64,000 nt of DNA, taken from the NCBI GenBank assembly GCA_048939995.1, contig JBHLOY010000001.1:471265-535264 (forward strand), read 5' to 3'. Every line of letters starts with the position of its first letter. Within the stretch, counting starts at the first letter, position 1. The stretch comes from Promethearchaeota archaeon (GTDB taxonomy: Archaea; Asgardarchaeota; Lokiarchaeia; Sigyniarchaeales; SOKP01). Of this stretch, positions 49,513 through 57,769 are shown piece after piece. Made by a program: the position numbers and the translations under genes. The notes beneath the pieces were generated by a model that saw nothing but the letters and a program-made list of their open reading frames with translations, ran no database searches and had not been told where the DNA came from.

Positions 49513-50811
49513 TTATATACTTTTTCTTAGTTGGTCAATTTCTAACCTAAGTTCCTTGTTTTGTTTTGTTAAATCTTCAATAATGGTTCTCAATTCTTCA
49601 ATTCTCAGTAAAAGTTGAGGATTTTCTGCTTGGGGTGTTTGAGATTGATTTTGAGTTGCAACACTTAGGCGATTTAGATCATTCATTAAGGTTGAAATTT
49701 TCTTATCTTTCAATCTTAATTGATTTTTTAGTTCTTCATGACTTGTTTTTATTAAGATTGCTTCATTTTTGATCGTTGCTATTTCTTGATCTTTTATAGC
49801 TAATGCTTTCTTTGTTTCATCTAGTTGTTGTTGCAAAAAACTAGCCATTTCTCTTTGTATTTTCAACTTGTCATCAATATCAATTTGAGAAGTTTTCTGA
49901 TTGCTTTGTGTATTCAATTGATTTTGAAGGATTGAAATCTGGATCTTTGATTTATTTAATTTATCTTTTAATTCTTCTACCACCTGTTTAAGAGTTGATG
50001 GTACTGATGTGTTATCAGTTATTGAGCCTTCTGCCCGTAAGGAAGAAGCCTTGTCATTTAATTGGGCAGTCAACTGAGCAATAGTGCTTTCATATTCTTC
50101 AACTTTTTTATCAAATTTGTCCTTATTCTTATAACTATCTATTTTTTTTCTTAAATCTTCATTTTGTCTTTTATATTTATTCAGATTGTTTTGAAGTTCT
50201 TTAATGAGTTCTTTAGTTAAGTTATTTTTCGATTCCGGGAGATTTTCTTGAATTTTTATATTTGTATCTATTTTTGTCTTGCTTTTAAAGTTTTCTCTCA
50301 ATTCCAATAATTCCAACTTTAAAGATTCTATTAATTCCTCTTTTTCTTGCAATTCTTCACTTATATCGTAATTATCTCCCTTTTGATTTTTTATTTTTCT
50401 AATAATAGAATCTTGCTTGTTTATTTTATTTTGGAGTTCTTTTACTAGCATATTAAGTGGGGCTTTTTCTCTTAGTTCTTCGACTCGAATGATGGAAGAA
50501 GATTTTTCTAGGGTTTTAATATTTTCAAGTTTCTTTTGAGCATCAAGTTTATCTTTTCTTAAAAAGCCCATTTTATTTTTTAGCTCCCTAATTTCACGAT
50601 CCTTGATATCTAATTCAACTTGTAATTTTGATTCTTTAATTTTTTTATTCTTGTTTTTAGAGGGTCTCTCAGACATAAGTTCATTTAACTTCATTATCTC
50701 TTCTTCGAGATATTCTATTTTATCAATATATTTTTCGTTTTCTTTATCTTTTATATCAACTTGTTTCTTAAGATCATCAATAAATTTAAGCAAATCTTCT
50801 TCTTTGGTCAT
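49513..50811 (-). CDS. long coiled-coil protein
   Basis: K/E/L/Q heptads throughout; repeated EL(Q/K).(K/N)(L/I)NK. Confidence 0.8.
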   Translation of the reverse strand: MTKEEDLLKFIDDLKKQVDIKDKENEKYIDKIEYLEEEIMKLNELMSERPSKNKNKKIKESKLQVELDIKDREIRELKNKMGFLRKDKLDAQKKLENIKTLEKSSSIIRVEELREKAPLNMLVKELQNKINKQDSIIRKIKNQKGDNYDISEELQEKEELIESLKLELLELRENFKSKTKIDTNIKIQENLPESKNNLTKELIKELQNNLNKYKRQNEDLRKKIDSYKNKDKFDKKVEEYESTIAQLTAQLNDKASSLRAEGSITDNTSVPSTLKQVVEELKDKLNKSKIQISILQNQLNTQSNQKTSQIDIDDKLKIQREMASFLQQQLDETKKALAIKDQEIATIKNEAILIKTSHEELKNQLRLKDKKISTLMNDLNRLSVATQNQSQTPQAENPQLLLRIEELRTIIEDLTKQNKELRLEIDQLRKSI

Positions 50812-50885
50812 AGCTATTCAAACTGTATAATTTAGAATTATTCCTATATATATCATCTTACAATATATATTTTAATTTTTTTCAT

Positions 50886-52799
50886 TCAATAGATTTCAAA
50901 ATCTTTGATTGTAAAATTCTTCCTTATTTTTTTTATGATAGGAAATAAACTTAAATAAGTTAGTATAAGAAGTAGGATAAATAATGTACCCATGATCATA
51001 AATGGAACTGAAATGTCAGGTAAATAAACTCTCTCGAAAAGAATAATTGAATTTAAGATCATGCTTAACCCTAAGCTTAACAAGGTTGAAGGTGTTAAGA
51101 CATAGAGGGTCTCTAAGAAGAGTATTTTCTTAATAGAACGATACTTTGAACCAATAGCTCTCATAATTAGGAAATCTTTGGCTTTTTCAATAATACCTCC
51201 TTTTTGGTAATTATATAGTGATAAAGAGAAAATAACAGTCATAGATAAAGTTAAGAAAAAAGGATACAATGAGAGAACGGTAATATAATTTAAATTTTGT
51301 TCAAAGATGAAGTCAAGATTAATAAAAGTAAAATTAGATCCAAGATTGTTATTAATAATTGTTTCTAAGTCAGAAGTTAAAGAGCTATAAGATCCCTCCT
51401 GATATTCTATTAATATCAAATTAACTGTGCGGTTTATAAAATTTAATTCATTTCGAAAAATTTCAATATCTATGTAGCCGCAATATCCACTATAAAAACA
51501 ATCTATAACAATGCCAGAAATTTGAAATATATGATTTAAATCTTCTACTACCATGCCTTGATTAAAAGCATAATCAAAAAAGTTGTAGGCCAAACCATCT
51601 CCAATCACCATGTACTCAAAAGAATCACTTTGAGTGAAAAATCTACCTTCAATTTCAAAATTTTGGATGAGTTTTGTTGAATTTATGCCTACTATTGGAA
51701 AATTACCCGTTCTTTGTTGACCTATAATATCATATCCTCCATCTTGATAGTATATATATCCATCTAATTCTTCAGTATTGGAAAAAGCAATTAATCTCTC
51801 ATCGATAGTCCTAATACTGCTTAAATTATATAATTCTTCTAAATCAGTTAAATTAAAGAGATATTCATGTTCTAAAAAATCGATATTATCTGACTCAACG
51901 AGAGAACTTGGGTTTGAAAACATACCATACATTAATGTATAATTATATAGCACTTGTTTATGCCCAACTGCAATGACATTTTTACCTTGTGATTTATTTA
52001 CCCATTCTCTAGCAGATGTCCCCAAAACGGAGGTTCCCAAAGTGAGTGTTAAAATTATTAGAGAAAGGATTGAAAATAAAATGAAGTAGCGCTTAAATTC
52101 ACCTTTTCTTCGGATTGTGTTCAAGATTGAAATTTTGAAATTAAAACCGATCCTAGATAACCACCTAGGAATAGTAGTTAGGGGTTTTGCAGCATTATAG
52201 TCATAAGGAATTCCTTTTGAAAAACTTTTTACAATTTTTTCATTCCCAAACTTCCTTAAAATATAACCAGGAACTAAAAATATTCCTATTAGACATGAGA
52301 TGAATAAGATTGGCAGGTAGAAATAATCTATGTGGAAGTAGATAAAAAAGCCTAGAGAACTTGAAATTAAGGCAAAGATTCCAAAGGAAAGTAATCCTAC
52401 CAACAGGCCCACAACAAATCCTATAAGGAAAATTATATAGACTTCTGTTAAATAAAAGCTATATAATTTTCTGGGAACAGAACCTAAAGCTCTCATTATG
52501 GCAAGATCTCGTTTTTTAGATATGATTAAAGTACAACTTATAATTATCACTAGAATGAAAGCTAATCCTATTACCAAAAAAACAATTAAGACACTATAGT
52601 TAGTATAAATAAAATTTATACTTCCAGAGAAGAAAAATGGATTGCTAAATTCATAAATAATAAAACTATTTAATCCTGTAGAAGTTGCAAAGTAAATCAA
52701 AAAAGTGGTAATACTGATTATCAGTACAATCATAAATAAGTATTGAAATGATATTTCTTTCTTCCGGTAAAAATCTTTTAAGGCAAAATCGATTGACAT
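50886..52799 (-). CDS. FtsX/MacB-like ABC permease
   Basis: Two IMRA(L/I)GS FtsX motifs and an extracellular domain. Confidence 0.85.
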   Translation of the reverse strand: MSIDFALKDFYRKKEISFQYLFMIVLIISITTFLIYFATSTGLNSFIIYEFSNPFFFSGSINFIYTNYSVLIVFLVIGLAFILVIIISCTLIISKKRDLAIMRALGSVPRKLYSFYLTEVYIIFLIGFVVGLLVGLLSFGIFALISSSLGFFIYFHIDYFYLPILFISCLIGIFLVPGYILRKFGNEKIVKSFSKGIPYDYNAAKPLTTIPRWLSRIGFNFKISILNTIRRKGEFKRYFILFSILSLIILTLTLGTSVLGTSAREWVNKSQGKNVIAVGHKQVLYNYTLMYGMFSNPSSLVESDNIDFLEHEYLFNLTDLEELYNLSSIRTIDERLIAFSNTEELDGYIYYQDGGYDIIGQQRTGNFPIVGINSTKLIQNFEIEGRFFTQSDSFEYMVIGDGLAYNFFDYAFNQGMVVEDLNHIFQISGIVIDCFYSGYCGYIDIEIFRNELNFINRTVNLILIEYQEGSYSSLTSDLETIINNNLGSNFTFINLDFIFEQNLNYITVLSLYPFFLTLSMTVIFSLSLYNYQKGGIIEKAKDFLIMRAIGSKYRSIKKILFLETLYVLTPSTLLSLGLSMILNSIILFERVYLPDISVPFMIMGTLFILLLILTYLSLFPIIKKIRKNFTIKDFEIY

Positions 52800-52820
52800 A
52801 AATTAATTCCTACTCCTAAT

Positions 52821-53567
52821 TTATAGTTGTTCTACAATTTTTCCATCCTCAAATTTAATAATTGTATCCGCAAGTTCGATTAAATAATCATCATGAGTAA
52901 CCACTATTATAGTTTTTCCAGAATTCTTTAATTCTTTAAAGAGATCTCTAATAAATAGACTTGTATTTTGATCTAAATTGGCAGTAGGTTCATCTGCTAA
53001 AATAATTGGTGGATCATTTGCTAACGCACGAGCGATAGCTACTCTCTGCTGTTCACCTGCTGAAAGTTGAAATGGAAGATGTTCTCTCCTCTCAGCCAAT
53101 CCAATTTTTTTTAGAAGATAGATTGCCCGTTCCCTTTGCCCTTTAAGGTTCATACCTGCTAGTTTCATTGGAAAAATAACATTTTCCTCCGCAGTTAATG
53201 TACTAATAAGATTGTAATTCTGAAATATAAATCCTGAATTTATTAGTCTAAAAGTAGCTAAAGTTTCCTCTTCCATATCCGTAATTTTTACTCTGCTGTT
53301 ATAGATAATTCCAGAGTCAGGAGAGTCTAAGCCTCCTATTAAATTTAAAAGTGTAGTTTTGCCTGCACCGGAAGGTCCCTTTATTACAACAAGCGCATTT
53401 TCTTTTATATCTAAGGATACTCCGTCTACCGCCCTAACTACAAAATCACCAATTTCATAGTCTTTTATTAATTTAGAAGTCCTAATGATGATATTTTCTT
53501 CATCTGATTCTAATATAGTATTATTTTCTTTATATTCTCGATAATTAGCTAAGGAATCTTTTTCCAT
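52821..53567 (-). CDS. LolD/MacB-like ABC ATPase
   Basis: GPSGAGKTT, LSAGEQQRVAIARAL and ADEPT motifs. Confidence 0.93.
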   Translation of the reverse strand: MEKDSLANYREYKENNTILESDEENIIIRTSKLIKDYEIGDFVVRAVDGVSLDIKENALVVIKGPSGAGKTTLLNLIGGLDSPDSGIIYNSRVKITDMEEETLATFRLINSGFIFQNYNLISTLTAEENVIFPMKLAGMNLKGQRERAIYLLKKIGLAERREHLPFQLSAGEQQRVAIARALANDPPIILADEPTANLDQNTSLFIRDLFKELKNSGKTIIVVTHDDYLIELADTIIKFEDGKIVEQL

Positions 53568-53699
53568 AATTATTATTTTTGTTTGTAATTCAAAGCTATT
53601 TCTCTAATAATTTATAGCCATTTAAAATGTTAATTAAAGGATTTTGAACTCTTATTAATATTGTGATTTCTTCAAGGATTAAAATTTTAGAAAAGAAGA

Positions 53700-53857
53700 A
53701 GAGGGAAATCGGGAGTAGGAAACCTCCAAAGAGGTCAAGTTTGGGATAAAACTTTAGTTAGTTACCATATAATTCATTAGGCGAAACGCCCCAAGACTAA
53801 TGTTTAATTAGGAAATTAGGGGATATTATATATTTTTTACTCGCCGAAGATCCCTCT
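53700..53857 (+). ncRNA. candidate multibranch structured RNA
   Basis: Basal stems AGAGGGA/UCCCUCU, UCGG/CCGA and GAGUAGGA/UUUUACUC enclosing several hairpins. Confidence 0.4.
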
Positions 53858-54063
53858 AATGATAAAATATGAAGAGATGATATATAAACTTTAACTTTTA
53901 AATTAAATAGGATTTTATATTTTTAGCCACATAAACCCATTTTTATTGCTCTCTTCAAGCTTCTAAGATTTTACACCATTGTCAAGGTAATGTCTTTTTG
54001 TTAAAATTTAAACATTTTTAATGATTAAGTTATATAATAATACAAGATAAACAGAAGTAGGGA

Positions 54064-54708
54064 GTGACACTTATGGATTTTGAGAAATTAACTGAATTAA
54101 TTATAGAATTAGAAGTTGATGATATTGCTAATGCTGTTAAAGAAGCTTTAGAGGTTGATGCTAAAGATCCCTTTGAAGTATTAAACGCCTTAACAAAAGG
54201 TATGGATGAAGTGGGTCGAAGATATGAGGAAAAAGAGTATTATTTAACAGAATTAGTTTTAGCGGGAGAGACTATGAAAGAAGCATTTAAAATCTTGCAG
54301 CCCGCATTAGCTGCTACAGATAAATCAAGTGAGAAAGTTAAAGTGATACTAGCAACTGTTAAGGGAGATAACCATGATATCGGAAAAAACATATTAGCTT
54401 CACTATTACTAAGCTCTGGTTTCGAGATACATGATTTAGGTATGGATGTGGATGAGGATACAATAATTAAGAGGGTGAAAGAAACAGGTGCAACGATTAT
54501 AGGATTAAGTTCACTTCTGACAATGACTGTGGATCAAATTAAAGTTGTCCATGAAGCATTACAAGCAGCGGGTTTACGAGATAAGGTTAAACTTATAGTT
54601 GGTGGAGCTCCATTAAATATGGATCTTGCTAAAAGCTTAGGTGCTGATGATTTTGCTGATGATGCAGTATCTGGAGTAAAACATATTAAGGAATTAGCTG
54701 GTAAGTAG
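54064..54708 (+). CDS. corrinoid (B12-binding) methyltransferase protein
   Basis: Cap domain plus GDNHDIGKN (DxHxxG), GLSSL and VGGAP motifs. Confidence 0.92.
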   Translation: MTLMDFEKLTELIIELEVDDIANAVKEALEVDAKDPFEVLNALTKGMDEVGRRYEEKEYYLTELVLAGETMKEAFKILQPALAATDKSSEKVKVILATVKGDNHDIGKNILASLLLSSGFEIHDLGMDVDEDTIIKRVKETGATIIGLSSLLTMTVDQIKVVHEALQAAGLRDKVKLIVGGAPLNMDLAKSLGADDFADDAVSGVKHIKELAGK

Positions 54709-54862
54709 AATTCTTTACTAACTTCTTTTTTAAAATATTTTATAGAGAATTTATATTTTATAAAAGTGTTTTAACTAAAACATTAGTTACTGTTTATTGT
54801 TATTGTTCTTTTCTACTAAATTATAATGTGAATATTTAATTCTCATTTGCATTGATTATATA

Positions 54863-55141
54863 TTGAATTTATATGTGGTAAAGAAAGGTGATTATGAAGT
54901 GCCGAAAGATATAAAATATGATCAAGAATTAGATACTAGAGGTTTATATTGCCCAGAACCTCTGTTTGAAGTTAGAAACTTTTCAGAATCTCTTGAAGTA
55001 GGACAATGTTTTAAAGTGCTGGCAGATGATCCAGCAGCAGAAGAAGATTTAAAGCGATGGGCAAAAAGAACTGATACAGAGTTAGTCGAGTTTTATAAGG
55101 ATGGCGAGGATTTAGTTTTTTATTTTAAAAAAAAAAAATAG
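54863..55141 (+). CDS. TusA/SirA sulfurtransferase
   Basis: LDTRGLYCPEP and LADDPAAEEDLKRW motifs. Confidence 0.9.
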   Translation: MNLYVVKKGDYEVPKDIKYDQELDTRGLYCPEPLFEVRNFSESLEVGQCFKVLADDPAAEEDLKRWAKRTDTELVEFYKDGEDLVFYFKKKK

Positions 55142-55153
55142 GAGAGAAAAAAT

Positions 55154-55513
55154 ATGGAAGAAAAACATATTCTATATGTACAAACTACAGATACCCCTGA
55201 AAGACAATATTCCCCATTAGTTTTAGCCCAATCTGCTAAAGCTATGAATATTAAACCAACATTATACTATTTAGGTATGGGTTTGAAGATATTAAAACCA
55301 GGAGTGGCTGAAACGATAAAATTGGGTTCGTTTCCTAGTGTAAAAGAAATGATCGATAAAACTCTTGAGATGGGTATTGAAATTTTTGTATGTGAAGCCT
55401 CTAAAAGAATGTTAGGATGGGATAAAGTTGAATTAATTCCAGGGGTAAAAATAGTTGGGGCTGCAACTTTGAACGATTTAGTACTTGAAGCTGATGCTAC
55501 TCAATGGTTTTAA
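55154..55513 (+). CDS. DsrE/DsrF-family protein
   Basis: GIEIFVCEAS...IVGAATL. Confidence 0.82.
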   Translation: MEEKHILYVQTTDTPERQYSPLVLAQSAKAMNIKPTLYYLGMGLKILKPGVAETIKLGSFPSVKEMIDKTLEMGIEIFVCEASKRMLGWDKVELIPGVKIVGAATLNDLVLEADATQWF

Positions 55514-55572
55514 CCAAAATATAACTTTTTAATATAATATTACATTATTGAACAATCAGGAGGTTAATTAAT

Positions 55573-56766
55573 TTGAATATATATTTAGATAATCAAGCAG
55601 CAAGACCGGTAGATGAGCGGATTATTTCAGAGATGTTACCATTCTTTAGAGAAAAATTTGCAAATCCTGCATCTTTACATGGGGATGGCGATATAGCGAC
55701 TGATATTTTGGAAAGATCAAGAAAGAAAGTAGCCGATTTTGTAAACACGCCAGACGCTACCAATATCATTTTTACTTCAGGAGCGACAGAATCAAATAAT
55801 TTAGCTTTAATAGGTGCTGCTAATTTTTATAAAAGGAAAGGAAATCATATAATTATTTCCGAGATAGAACACATTTCCATTTTGAATATAGCAAAATATC
55901 TTGAAAAAGAAGGGTTTAAAGTAGATCGCGTTCCTGTCGATAGTTTTGGAATCATAAGAATTGACAAGTTAGAGAAATTAATTAAAGATGATACCATTCT
56001 GATTTCAGTTGCTACAGCTAGTAATGAAGTTGGATCAATTCAACCAATTGAAGAAATTAGTAAAATTGCGCGGGAAAAGAAAATCCTTTTCCATACTGAT
56101 GCCGTTCCAAGTGAAAGTGTGATTCCTATTGATGTTGAAAGGATTCCAATAGATCTAATAACTTTAAGCTCTAATGATATTTACGGCCCTAGAGGTGTTG
56201 GTGCTTTATATCTTAGAAAAGGTGTCAGAATAAACCCCATTATCATTGGGGGTGGTCAAGAGAGAGGTTTTCGCTCTGGATCTGAAAATATTCCTGGGAT
56301 TGTGGGATTCGCTAAAGCTGCGGAAATAATGAAAAAAGAAATGCCTAACGAAGTTGATTATCTAAAGCATTTGAGAGATAAGTTAATTAAAGGTGTTTTA
56401 AATACTATACCCAAATCTTATTTGAATGGGCATCCAGAGAAGAGATTGGCGCATAATGCACACTTTAGGTTTGATTATATTGAAGGAGAATCTTTAATCT
56501 TAGAATTGAAAGGTCATAATATTGCTGGTGCTACAGGTTCTGCTTGTTCCTCCAAAACTTTGGAGCCATCTCATACTCTGATTGCGATGGGTTTGCTTCA
56601 CGAGGAAGCGCATGGTAGTTTGTTACTAACTTTAGGAAGGACAACAAAGGAGTCAGATATTGATGAGGTTATTGAGCAATTACCTGGAGCAGTTAATCGA
56701 TTAAGAAAAATGTCTCCATTAACTCCTCCTGAATTGTTAAAAGAAATTAAAGAGGTGAAATTTTAA
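55573..56766 (+). CDS. iscS: IscS-like cysteine desulfurase homolog (PLP Lys replaced by Asp)
   Basis: FTSGATESNN, HTDAV, SSNDIYGPRG and GSACSS motifs. Confidence 0.88.
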   Translation: MNIYLDNQAARPVDERIISEMLPFFREKFANPASLHGDGDIATDILERSRKKVADFVNTPDATNIIFTSGATESNNLALIGAANFYKRKGNHIIISEIEHISILNIAKYLEKEGFKVDRVPVDSFGIIRIDKLEKLIKDDTILISVATASNEVGSIQPIEEISKIAREKKILFHTDAVPSESVIPIDVERIPIDLITLSSNDIYGPRGVGALYLRKGVRINPIIIGGGQERGFRSGSENIPGIVGFAKAAEIMKKEMPNEVDYLKHLRDKLIKGVLNTIPKSYLNGHPEKRLAHNAHFRFDYIEGESLILELKGHNIAGATGSACSSKTLEPSHTLIAMGLLHEEAHGSLLLTLGRTTKESDIDEVIEQLPGAVNRLRKMSPLTPPELLKEIKEVKF

Positions 56767-56767
56767 A

Positions 56768-57559
56768 ATGAAATCAACTCAATACTCAGAAAAGGTTCTG
56801 GATCATTTCAGAAATCCAAGAAATGTTGGTGTAATTGAAAATCCAGATGGTTATGGAAAAGTAGGAAATCCTGTGTGTGGGGATCTTATGGAAATCTTTA
56901 TTAAAGTGAAAAAAGATGAAAATGGGGAAGATATTATAGATGACATTAAATTCAGAACCTTTGGATGTGGTTCTGCTGTTGCTACATCATCTATGGTAAC
57001 TGAAATGGCAATGGGTATGAAACTTGATGATGCCTACAAGATTACAAGAAGTGATGTTGCGGATGAGTTAGAAGGTTTGCCCCCAATTAAAATGCATTGT
57101 TCCAATCTAGCTGCGGACGCTTTAAAGGCTGCAATAGATAACTATAGATTAGGTACTACTTCCGAAGTTGAAGTTGCGACTTCTTGCAGTGTGCCTGATG
57201 TCAAAATTATCCTAGGATTAGAAGATTTTATAGGAAAAGGTGTTTATAGAGAAGTAAATGACTTATTTAAGTTCAAAGATAAAAGAGTTCTAGTAATAGA
57301 TACGGGAGATGAAGCTCTTGAACTTGCATTGGAATTAACAAAGTTTACTGGAAGGGTAATAGTTTTAACTTCAGCTCAAAATACGCCTGGTTCGGAAGAA
57401 TTAAAGAAAAAGTTAAAACTTTCAGATATTAAAATACTCTACCAATCAGAATTACTTGAAGTAAAAGGAACAGATGAAGTAGAAAAAGTTACCGTACATG
57501 ATCTTGATGAAAATGAGAATTATGAACTTTTTATTGACTCCATAATTTATCTGGAATAA
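56768..57559 (+). CDS. iscU: IscU scaffold fused to a degenerate TrxB-like domain
   Basis: DHFRNPRNVG, NPVCGD, FGCGSA and LPPIKMHCS motifs, plus a ~120-aa extension. Confidence 0.9.
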   Translation: MKSTQYSEKVLDHFRNPRNVGVIENPDGYGKVGNPVCGDLMEIFIKVKKDENGEDIIDDIKFRTFGCGSAVATSSMVTEMAMGMKLDDAYKITRSDVADELEGLPPIKMHCSNLAADALKAAIDNYRLGTTSEVEVATSCSVPDVKIILGLEDFIGKGVYREVNDLFKFKDKRVLVIDTGDEALELALELTKFTGRVIVLTSAQNTPGSEELKKKLKLSDIKILYQSELLEVKGTDEVEKVTVHDLDENENYELFIDSIIYLE

Positions 57560-57769
57560 CTTTTTTTTTTTTCTTATTGTTAATTGCCAATTTTATTGAC
57601 ATTATGTAGTGGTTTTCAAATCATAATTCGTAATTATAAAAATAATTAGCTAAAATCATTGCTATTTTGGAAGAAACTATAGTTCATAATCATGAGTTTT
57701 ATATGAGAGGTTCTCCTTCAATAAATTAATTATGTGATTAACATTCACTACTTTTAAAATGATTTAATC

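Noticed and set aside
53700-53857. Cobalamin riboswitch, RNase P RNA or hammerhead ribozyme
   Set aside because: No B12 box, no RNase P P4 pair and no CUGAUGA core; kept only as an unknown structured candidate
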